Of a DNA stretch of 64,000 bases, positions 1-11,306 are shown one piece after another. The DNA comes from Octopus vulgaris (Eukaryota). The DNA is taken from positions 68,696,001 through 68,760,000 of the forward strand of contig OX597832.1 of assembly GCA_951406725.2 (NCBI GenBank), given 5' to 3'. Under the pieces are notes generated by a model that did no database searches, was not told where the DNA came from, and worked only from the letters and a program-made list of their open reading frames with translations. Both the position numbers and the translations under genes were made by a program. Position 1 is the first letter of the stretch. Each line of letters starts with the position of its first letter.

Positions 1-32
1 AATTTTTCATTCGAAGTATACGTCTCGCTTTT

Positions 33-82
33 ATCCTTCGAAACGTTTAGTAGATGAAACTTTAGCGACTGAAGAAGGGGAT
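33..82 (+). ncRNA. Type II-like hammerhead motif (degenerate)
   Basis: atcctt c GAAA cg TT ...helix I... CTGAAGA a ggggat. Helix II is formed by the outer strands and helix III is ACGU. Confidence 0.4.
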
Positions 83-214
83 TTTTCGTTGTGCTTATTG
101 TCCTGTATCTCCTTTTTTTGCTTGTCTTGTTCCTTGGTTTGTGTCTATGTTTTTCGTCTCTCTTTGTGTTCGACGTCCTTTTGGTGTCCTGTACACATAT
201 ATGCGTGTATATGT

Positions 215-268
215 ACATGTAGAGGTAGGTGCGTACATATATGTTTATATATATGCATATATTTTATT

Positions 269-317
<49 letters not shown>

Positions 318-462
318 GATATGCTATTAAATTAGTATCTAATTCTCTCACCCTTATTAATTAATTATATATATATATACATATACACATATATACATAC
401 ACATATGCACTTACACACATACACAAACATATACTCATACATATACATATATATACATATAC

Positions 463-505
<43 letters not shown>

Positions 506-1078
506 CATGTACATACATAAGCATAAACACACATAAATAAATATCTGCCCGCTTATATAAACGCATATGCACATATAAAACCATATGTGCATATAAACAT
601 ACATACGCATTTATACGCATCCATATGCATATAAATACATGTATGCACACATGCATGCATACCTGCATACATAAATGCATACATGCATATACATACATAC
701 ACACATATACATACATGCACATACAAACATATATGTACACATACATACATATACATATATATATACATATATATATATATATACATAAATACACGTACGC
801 ATACATATAAATACATACAAGCATACACACACATACACAAACACATATACATACATACATACATAAACTTATACATGTATATACTCATACTTACACATAC
901 ACATACACACACACATATATATATATATGCATAAATACACACATGCGTACATATATATACATATACACCTACACATACATACATACACACACATATATAC
1001 AAACATATGCACATATACACACATACATATACACACACATATACATACACATATACATACACATACATATATACATAC

Positions 1079-1123
<45 letters not shown>

Positions 1124-1366
1124 CATATATATATACACATACAAATACAAATCATTCACACATATACACATACACACGTATACACGCCTACACATACACA
1201 TGTACATACACAAATGCACACACACACATACAAATACATATATACACTCTTATACATACATGTGAACACATACACATGCCAACATCCATATATATCTATA
1301 TATATGTATATGCTTGTATACTTGTGCATGGGTGTATGTATGTATATGTATGTGTATATGTATATA

Positions 1367-1406
<40 letters not shown>

Positions 1407-1650
1407 TGTATGTATATATGCGTATATATGTATGTGTGTGAATGTATGGACTTGTAGACCTTTATATGTATATATAGGTGTGTGTGTGAGTGTGTGTGTT
1501 TGTATGTGTGTAGATATGTGTATGTGTATTTATATATGCATATGCTTATGTATGTATATGTATATATATATGTGTATATATATACATATATATTTGTGTA
1601 TGGGTGTAAGTACATATGTGTATGTATGTATGTGTGTATATATATGTGTA

Positions 1651-1697
<47 letters not shown>

Positions 1698-1764
1698 ACT
1701 TGTAGATTTTTGTATGGGTGTATGTGTATATGTGTATGTATGTATGTGTGTATATATATGTGTA

Positions 1765-1801
<37 letters not shown>

Positions 1802-1844
1802 GGACTTGTAGATTTTTGTATGGGTGTATGTGTATATGTGTATA

Positions 1845-1879
<35 letters not shown>

Positions 1880-2180
1880 GGACGTGTAGATTTTTGTATG
1901 GGTTTGTGTATGTGTATGTGTGTAGATATGTATATGTATGTATGTGTACGTATATGTATGTAGGTGCATGTATGTATATGTGTGTATGTATGTATATGCA
2001 TGTATGCATTTATGTATGCAAGTATGCATGCATGTGTGCATACATGTATTTATATGCATATGGATGCGTATATATGCGTATGTATGTTTATATGCACATA
2101 TGGTTTTATATGTGCATATGCGTTTATATAAGCGGGCAGATATTTATTTATGTGTCTTTATGCTTATGTATGTACATGTA

Positions 2181-2225
<45 letters not shown>

Positions 2226-2302
2226 GTATATATATGTATTTGTATGAGTATATGTTTGTGTATGTGTGTAAGTACATATGTGTATGTATATATGTGTATA
2301 TG

Positions 2303-2345
<43 letters not shown>

Positions 2346-2823
2346 GTGTATATTTATATATATGGACTTGTAGAGTTTTTGTATGGGCATATATGTATAT
2401 ATATGTATATATGTGTGTATATATATATGTATATATATGTGGACTCGTAGATTTTTGTATGGGTATATATGTATGTGTATATGTGTAGATATGTACATGT
2501 ATGTACGTGGACGTATGTGTATGTATGTGCATGTATGAATATGTGTGTGTGTATGTATAGGCATGTATACATTTACGTATATGGGTATGCATGCATGTGT
2601 GCATATGTGTATTTATATGCATATGGATGCGTATATATGCATATGTATATTTATATGCACATATGGTTTTATATGTGCATATGCGTTTATATAAGCGGGC
2701 AGATACTTATGTGTTTATGTGTACAGAAGTACGTTTATATATGTGTGTTTATATATGCATGGTTATGTATATGTTTATGTGAACGTGGGTACATTTATGT
2801 ATGTATGCATGTGTGTATTTGTG

Positions 2824-2869
<46 letters not shown>

Positions 2870-2870
2870 C
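215..2870. repeat. Compound TA/TG/CA microsatellite with a higher-order unit in both orientations
   Basis: The anchor atctgcccgcttatataaacgc (~543) recurs reverse-complemented at ~2120 and ~2685. The motif tggac(t/g)tgtaga occurs about 6 times. Confidence 0.85.
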
Positions 2871-3456
2871 ATGTAGAGAGAGATATATGCATATGTATAA
2901 GCGGATGAGGAGGAAATGAGTGAGAGAACATGTGTGTATGTGTATGTGTATGAGTGTGCGCGTGAGTGTGTGTGTGTGAGTGTGTGCGTTTGTATCCGTG
3001 GGTACCGAGATAGAAAGGAAGGGAGAGGGGAGTAGTAGAAGAATCCCTTTTGGCATGGCTGGAACCCCAAGGGGAATTCTAGGAACTTTTGGTGTTCCTG
3101 TAATGTGTGTTGGTGTGTAGGCAGGTCATAAATTATACCTCTTATGATTTTGAAGCTGGTCAGCTAATAACTTCAGCTACTTGTATGATTGTACTGTGGA
3201 GGTATGTGTGTGCGTCTCTGTGTGTATGTGTGGGTTTCTTGTGTGTGTGTGTGTGTGTGTGTCTCTATTTGTTTGGAGTAGGGGGAGAGACAAATAGAGA
3301 AAAGGAAATAAAAATAAAAAATAAAATAAGGGTGGAAGATGAGGAGATAAAATATATATATATGTGTGTGCATATGTGGGTATATATATGTGTATATATA
3401 TATATATGTGCGTGTGTTTGCGTGTTTATGTGTATGAGTATTTGTATGTATGTGTA

Positions 3457-3507
<51 letters not shown>

Positions 3508-3659
3508 ATATGTATATGTGTAGATATATATATATTTATATATATGTATATATATGTGCTTGTGTATTTATGTGTATGTAAGTAAGTGTGTGCCTGTATG
3601 TATATACATGGGCATATGTATATGTATATATATGGATATTCGCATGTGTATGTATGAGG

Positions 3660-4064
3660 GTTTGTATGTATATTTATTTTATATGTCTTTTCATTTATCT
3701 ACTTCTTCCCTCAACTTAATAACAACCACCACAAACTGACTAAAAGCAATAGTCTTCTAATTTACCTAAAACTCTATTCAATTATTCTATTTATTTACTC
3801 ATTTATTTACTTTATCACTGATTATGTTGACCACTCCCATAAGAACGACAGTATGTGCCCTGCTTACCCAAAAAACGTCCCCCACAACCACCCCATTAAA
3901 TCTGCCTAAATGTATAAATACGAAACCTTATTTTGACAGCCAGCTTCCTGATGATTTCATTTGAATGAAACAGTACTAGTCCTGTAGAAGCTCCTTCTAT
4001 AAAATAAATTAATTTACTCTGCAATGTATTGAGTACCTGTGGTTAACCCCGACTCAACTCGGTA

Positions 4065-4066
<2 letters not shown>
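3660..4066 (+). mobile_element. Putative PLE 3' terminal (pLTR-like) remnant carrying the 3942 hammerhead
   Basis: Non-microsatellite island between TA/TG repeats. The hammerhead is followed by AATAAA and a short tail ending at (TA)n, the same layout as the 20.5 kb PLE end. Confidence 0.55.
3942..3992 (+). ncRNA. Type I hammerhead ribozyme (intact core)
   Basis: agcttc CTGATGA t-ttc-attt-gaa-t GAAA cagtactagtcctg TA gaagct. Helix I is a perfect 6 bp and helix III is a 16-nt palindrome with one mismatch. Confidence 0.85.
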
Positions 4067-4108
<42 letters not shown>

Positions 4109-4696
4109 CACACACCCACACTCACATATATATATACATATGCATATATATATGTATATATATATATATATATATGCATACATATATATATGTATATATG
4201 TATATATACACATACATTTGTGTGTATGCATATGTTTTTATGGGTGTTTGTATTTCATGTTGAATTTTTATGTCAATGACTCACAAAATCTCTGATAATC
4301 AATATTTTGCTAAATTTTGTAATATTGTCGAAATATTCCTGGTAACTGGCAACCTCATGAAAACCCTCCTCCTCCTTCTCTCTGATTCACTCAGTTACTA
4401 AGGTATTCTTATTATAACCCTCTCCTTTCTAACATAGAATATTTTGCCTTATATGAATTGCCCCATTTTGCTTGTCATTTTTTTTTCCTCTCGGAAATAA
4501 TTTACCAAGTGCTGAAAAGGCTCATGTCTTAGTGTTTAGGCAACCAGTCTCTTAGAATGTCATGGGTTCAATTCTCATCCCAGGCAGTGCATTACATTTT
4601 ACTTCATGTTGCACCTGTCCTCCCACCATGCCTTACAAATATGGGTGTTTAATTTGTTAAAGCACCTAATTAGAGTCACTCTGTGGCAGTAATAAT

Positions 4697-4909
4697 CTTT
4701 TCTACTCTAAACACAAGGCCCGGAATTTTGGGGGAGGGGGCCAGTTGATTAGATCGACCCCAGGACACAACTGGTACTTGACTTATCAACCCCAAAAGGA
4801 TGAAAGGCAAAGTTGACCTCGGCAGAATTTGAACTCTGAACATAAAGACAGACAAAATACTGCTAATCATTTCGCTTGGCATGATAACATTTCTGCCAGC
4901 TCGCCACTT
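4697..4909 (-). mobile_element. tRNA-derived SINE, same family as 59563
   Basis: Reverse-complement match. Further diverged copies at ~8790-8990, 9015-9220, 10105-10320, 30675-30795, 36555-36780, 36810-37015, 44205-44410, 53800-53980, 56230-56345 and 60215-60420. Confidence 0.8.
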
Positions 4910-6822
4910 TTGTGTAGCAGAAATAATGAGTTAATGGTATAAACATAAACAAAACCCTAACCCTAACTATAAACAAAAAGGGAAATATATCTAACAGTGG
5001 ACTGCAATATTCTGTCTCTGCCCTATTCTATATTTCCTTAGTATTTTAATTATAAGATCTGATTTGGTATGAAATTTGACTGGTATTTCTGGCAGGTTGC
5101 ACAACTATGTTGAGGCTTTATTAGTGTTGTAAGTCATGAAATTCTGTGAAAATATTGATAGAGCACCAGTTATATTTGATACCATTTTGATTGGTTCCTT
5201 TTTATATTCATTTTGTTTTTATTTCATGACAGTACTAATTTTTTTCATTCCAAAAAACTACTTTATAAAAATCTTAATTTCTGAATCATTTTAATAAATT
5301 TTTCAAATAGATGTATACAGATAGAGATTTAATTAATTAAATTTATATATTAAATGAAAATAAAAATAAAAAATGAAAACTATAGAAAGTAATATGATAA
5401 TGGACCTACAAGAGAAATAAAATAGAATAAAACATGAAACCCAAAAAAAATCATACGTAAACACAATGGCCAAAACTAACAACAAAAAAAGAAAGAACCC
5501 AAAAAAATTATTGTTACAAGATCAATGAAATAAGATAAACTTTATTTCACTTTGAAATTTTCTGGTTTAAATTGAAAAAGAATAACAAAAATAATAATTA
5601 GAATGTAAGTGAAGGGAAAAAAATTAATAATAATAATAATATGAATGTGAACATTGTATTTATCTGTTATTGATTATTGTATTATTATTCTTTCATCTCC
5701 TCCCCTCGAGAATATGAAGTGGAACCGATGGCTGTCTGTAGCAGCAAATTGAACATCTATTGGAATAATTAATATTCTAATGATTAAACATTTTTATTAT
5801 ATATTTTTGCCACTTTTACCATTAGTAGCAGCAAGAATGACAATAAGTGGGTGGGGTGGAGGGGAATAGAAGAATATGAAAACAAAGGTGGAACTGGAAG
5901 CAATCATTAGCTACAACTATGGTCATTTTTCAAAGCAATAATTAGCTCCAGTTTCTGTAGAATGATGCAAACATTTTCTGATAATGTTGAAGAATTGCTT
6001 GTGACTATCAAACAGATTTGTTTTGAAATTCAGTTTAATGATGCCTTCAAAATAAACCAGCCATCATATTGATACTTAACACAAATCTTCTATCTTACAT
6101 GGAGTAGTTCTCTTCTCTTGTTTCATCATTAGAAATTCTCTGCTTTTTTTTCACTTTCCTTACAATTCTTCTGGTATGTGTGATTGTCTATTGTAAAACA
6201 GCAGATGTTTTTGTTTGTGTTTTTGTTTAGCTAAGATTATTAGCCGTGCTTTAATTCAGTGTCATTGTTTTGTCGACATTGAGATAACTCGCCAAGGCAA
6301 ACACATGAACACACAAAAGAAACAAAACAAGCAAAACTAAATCATAACCCATTTTAAATCTATCTCAACATGTTTTCTGTTGTTTTAGTCTTTTGGCCAT
6401 TTCATTAAAGGACCTCTTGCCAAGATATCACTGTCTCAGCACCTAACAGATCATCCAATAATTGTTTAATCCAGTAATTCCTCAAAGTATGTTCCACGAA
6501 CAAAGACAAAAATAAAAAAAAACAATAATGGAAAAACTGGAATTCTATAATATAAAATGTTTTTTCATAAAATCAGAGATTTATTTCAAATACTAAATGC
6601 TTTTTCAGCATTTTTAAAACAATGGATTTGTTTTATATGGGCAGAAGGATTGGTTGTATGGTAAAGAATTTTGCTTTGCAACCATATGGTTTTGAGTCCA
6701 GTTCCACTGAGTGGAAAATTAGGCAAGGATCTTCTATTATAGACCAAAGATAACCAAAGCCTTGTGAGTGAATCTGGTAGGCAGAAGCTTAAAGAAGCCC
6801 ATCATGTACACACGTATGTACA

Positions 6823-6858
<36 letters not shown>

Positions 6859-6887
6859 TACCTATATGTATATATAATTCAAAATAA

Positions 6888-7278
6888 CATGTAGTAAATA
6901 AACATACAAATATATACTAAATACAGAGGTGAGCAGAAAGCAACTTCTCGTCAGTTATTGGCCAGAGGGTCAAACACAATTTTGACCATTATCGATAATA
7001 CTGCTTCCACCCTGGAGGCACCAGCAAGGAACTTGCCAGGAATGGGTCTAAAACATAACAAAATAAAGCAACAAGAGACAGACTCAAGATGAGACCGTTA
7101 GTTGGTCCCATTCCTGGCAAGTTTCTTGCCGCTGCCATCAGAGTGAAAGCATCAGTATCGATAATGGCTGAAATTGTGTTTGACCCTCTGGCCAATAACT
7201 AATGATGCGTTGATGACCTTCTGTGCTTTCTGCTCACCTGTGTATTTAGTATTTGTTAATTTGTTTATTCACTATATG
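6888..7278. repeat. Long imperfect palindrome (~160-bp arms, ~50-nt loop)
   Basis: Example pairings: gttattggccagagggtcaaacacaattt with aaattgtgtttgaccctctggccaataac, and acttgccaggaatggg with cccattcctggcaagt. Confidence 0.9.
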
Positions 7279-9363
7279 CTGTCTTTTTATTTCATCCTCA
7301 AAATATTTATGTAACACGCTCTCCTTAATTTATTCCTATATATATATATATACACACATATATATGTATGTGTGGGAATGTTTGTGTCTCCTAGTCTTCA
7401 CATGGTATGAATATTGTAAATCAATGCTATTCATTTAAAATATTCTACAAAAACATCATCTCTAACCATAGGGGTGGGGCGATATTCCTTTCCTAGGAAA
7501 TGAGTCACAGTTTGTGATGGGGAGGGTATCGAGTAGTAGAAAATTTGCCTCAGTAAATACAAGTATAGAAAATGGAGCATTAAATCAATGATGATGATGA
7601 TGATTAAACTACCTTAAATAGTAGCAGTGATGTAGGATATGACTAAACATGAATTTTTTCATCATCATTGTCCAAATTTCAGATGTGTGCAGGTATATAA
7701 TTCTTTCCACTACAAGTAGATAATGCGCAAGTCTAGGTCTTATTTCATGTTCATAATCATGTGTATGTGTATCTAACCAAAGCATAGAGATAAGTAGAAC
7801 CTTTGAAGTTAAACGTCATTAAAGGTACACAGTAGAGAAACTCTTTGGATTGACTTTAGAGGTGTTGGAGTGGGATTACTTATTCCATCAGCTGTTTTGA
7901 CTCAATTTAGCTCATGAACGCCTTGGAAGAGGACCAATATGCAGTAAGCATTCTTTGAGGCAGATCGCCCTGCCAACAGCTTCAAATACTGTGCAAGATA
8001 TCGGGGAGGCTTCTCTTTCTTCTCTGAGTATACCATAATAAATTGTTTGCCATGTTACCTTTGCCCTTTTGCCTTGATCTTTCCTGAATTCTATAGAATG
8101 AGTTTCAGTTATATAATAAAGTTTCCAGAATAATCTATGAACCTGTCCCAATAACAATTGGCTTTGTAGCATTTGTAATGAGTGAGTGCTGAATGCTAGA
8201 GAAGTGAAACAATGTCTTATGGTATGCATTCTCATTTCACATTACGCTGCATTCTCATATCATTCACATTGATTCCCAGATTCAACTTTGCATATGTCAA
8301 TGCCCTTATGTATCAGTCACACACAGAAATCAATTCAATCCTTTATTATGTTTCCTTCTCAACAATTATTCAGTCAAATTCCTATTCATAAAACAAATCA
8401 AAAACTGACTGTTTCTAGGTTTTGAAATAAAAATATTTTTTATCCATATAACCATTAATGCTGCCCCCTATTCTGGGGAGCGTTGTCTAGGTAAGAGTCT
8501 TGAGACACGTCCCCTCCATAAGGTCCTCTCAGAAACAACTATCATTACACTTTCCTGCTAGATTCCCAAGTAGTACCACCTGGGACTATGAATGTTATGC
8601 ATCCATCTTGTTCTCTGTCTCCTGCTCTACGTGTCCTGCTGGTCAGCTCAGCTTGAAACATCTCAGCTGTTATTGTTTCTTGGGACATTCTCATCACTTT
8701 CTACCATACAACTGGTGCTGTAACTTCTCAATGTGAAGTAGTGACCCTGACTCAGAGATATTTTCATTCATAGTATTGGTTCCAAATTTTGGCCCAAGGA
8801 CAATAATTTGAGGAGTGGGGCAAATAAATTACAGTGACCCCAGTCATCATCATTATCATCATCAGGTAGCATTCGTTTTCCATGCTGGCATGAGTTGGAC
8901 AGTTTGACAGAATTTAAACTCAGACCGTAAAGACAGACGAAATACTGCCATGAATTTTGCCCGACATGCAAACAATTCTGCAAGCTCACCACCTTATTTT
9001 CATTGTTAATATTGAGTACAAAGTTTGGCACAAGGCCAGCAACTTTGGGGGAGAGGATAAATTGATTACATCAGTGTTCAATTGATTCTTATCTTATTGA
9101 CCCAAAAGAATAAACTGCAAAGTCAACCTCGGTGGAATTAGAACTCACAACATACGGACTGATTGAATGCTGCTAAGCATTTCACCTGGTGTGCTAACGA
9201 TTCTGCCAGCTTGCTACCTTTTTTATTCCTAATATTGAACCTCAATTGAAATCAATACTTAAATTAAACATAGTGATCAATATATCCCATATCTGGTGAT
9301 CTGTTGGTTCCATTGCCAAGATTTCTAATTTTCAATGTGAATCTAGCAGCGTATCGGTATCAT

Positions 9364-11306
9364 AGTTTCCATATTTCCACATTGTCTCTGCTAGTTTGAA
9401 CATCCATTTCCAAATATTACAAATGATAACCCTTATTTCACATCTGTATTATTTTAATTGTATGGAGGAGTCACTATGTGAATATTTGACCAATAAAGAA
9501 TATCTGCCAAATTTTCTTCAGTTTTTACTCACCACCGTCTCAACACCTTTGCTACCATATTTCTGTTGAAATTCATTGTTTTTATTTCAATAAATTTTTA
9601 AGATAATGAAGAATTGTTTTGAAAAAACTTTGTCATTAATTAATTTGGTGTTTGGAACATGAATTAACAAGATGGGAAGTTTTAATTTAGATCACTTTCA
9701 AACAGGAAGTTGGTTTCATTCTACCAGGATTAGTCTTAAACAGTTTGGCATCAAAACATTTAGGCAAGTAAGTATGCGTTCATAATGGAGTCCTAGAAAA
9801 CCCTAGCTGTAGTGGCCAGCATGATATGAACCCTCTATCAATTACATCACTGCCAAATGTAATCTCTGTTTATTCACTTTCTTGTGGCTTTGAGATTTCA
9901 ATGTGATCATTTATTCTTAGTATGACATTGTAGGGTAAGTGTGAGAGGCTAGAAATGGCCAGTTTCAAGGCTAAAGGATTAGTTACAAGTTTATTTAACC
10001 ATGATTGACTTTGGTTAAAGCACAATGACACTGTAAACATCCCCCACCCCAACATACCCAACCCCACTGCACGGAGCTTTATCCAGTCCAGTCTGCAATA
10101 AAAATGTGTTTCAAAGTTTGGCACAAAACCACCAATTTGGCCGGGGGGGGGGGGGGGGGCGAGAGGGATTGTCGGAGACATTTACCTGATCGGTACTTAA
10201 TTATATCAAAAGTTTGAGATCACCTTGGCAGAATTTGAATTCAGAATTTACTGAATTGGAAGAAATACCACTAAGCATTTCCTTTGATGCTCTACTGATT
10301 CTGCCAGTTGACTGCCTTAAACAAAAAGGATGACATAACATCTGGATAGCAATAGCTATGACTTTCTGTCTGGACATTCTAGCATCCACCTACAAGCCAT
10401 TGGTCTGATTCTACCACAGGCTCACCACACACTGCATGACAACCACAACAGCCGATGAATGTCCAATTCCATTTGCACATTTACATTTGCACATGACCCC
10501 AGGGGATTACTGGGTCACAGTAAGAAATCCTAATAACTGCAATTAATTTTGTTCTCTTACACTCCTCAGTATGATCTCAAAACTGATGAGAGTTAGAGAC
10601 TTTGGATAGGTCATGGTTGGAATGTACTCGATTCTACTGGTAACCTCAATTAGAGCTGACCTGGAATTAAAAATAAGCAAACAAAAACAATGGGAACAGC
10701 TAGAAAGTGACCAAAGCTGTCTACATACTATTTGGTTCTACTATAGTGTTAAATAGATATTAACAGATAGCAAGCAATTTACAGAGAAACATATCATTTC
10801 TATGACAATCGCTACAGCATATGAACTTTTCACCACCTTCTCCTCCTCCCTATTTCTATATATATCTCCCCTCTTTCTCTCTCTTTCTCTCTCTTTTATT
10901 CTACTTTGTCATTTGACAGTTCAACATGTTACATTATTCACACACAGGTATCCCTTTCTGGAATGACATCTCCCAAATTGACCACATTCTCAGCAATTTT
11001 CACCAATTTCTTCTAACACTGACATTAATAGGAATAGATTGCCCAAGACTGCACATTCCAATTTTAAAAACAACAGTAGTTTCTAACTAAACTCAACTCA
11101 AATGCATATACTGACCAAATAAGTTTTCCTTTCAATGTCAAATAGAAACAGCTTCCTCATATTTCACATATTTTCACACAAATACAATTATACTTTATTA
11201 ATATTAATACGATTAAAATAATACAGATGTGAAATAAGGATTATAATTTGTAATATTTGGAAATGGATGTTCAAACTAGCAGAGACAATGTGGAAATATG
11301 GAAACT
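9364..11306. repeat. 100-bp inverted repeat pair (9364-9463 and 11207-11306)
   Basis: By-eye comparison gives 3 mismatches in 100 bp. Confidence 0.9.
9541..9762. mobile_element. Degenerate MITE-like repeat; second copy at ~60110-60510 split by a SINE
   Basis: Shared tgtcat..ttaa..t.gtg/tttggaacat.aattaaca...tttaattt..atc..ttt.aaacaggaa sequence. The SINE in the second copy is flanked by duplicated ttaagcta (60205 and 60425). Confidence 0.5.

Noticed and set aside
943-2247. 434-aa ORF and the many other Y/I/H/T/C/V/M-rich ORFs
   Set aside because: These are translations of stop-poor (TA)/(CA)/(TG) microsatellites, open in several frames on both strands.
4953-4967. CCCTAA telomere-like repeat
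   Set aside because: Only two copies, which is expected by chance.
6095-6190. RIVRKVKKKQRISNDETREEN, superficially like a later CCDC39 segment
   Set aside because: A stop follows shortly, the segment is too short for the expected exon, and low-complexity composition explains the similarity.
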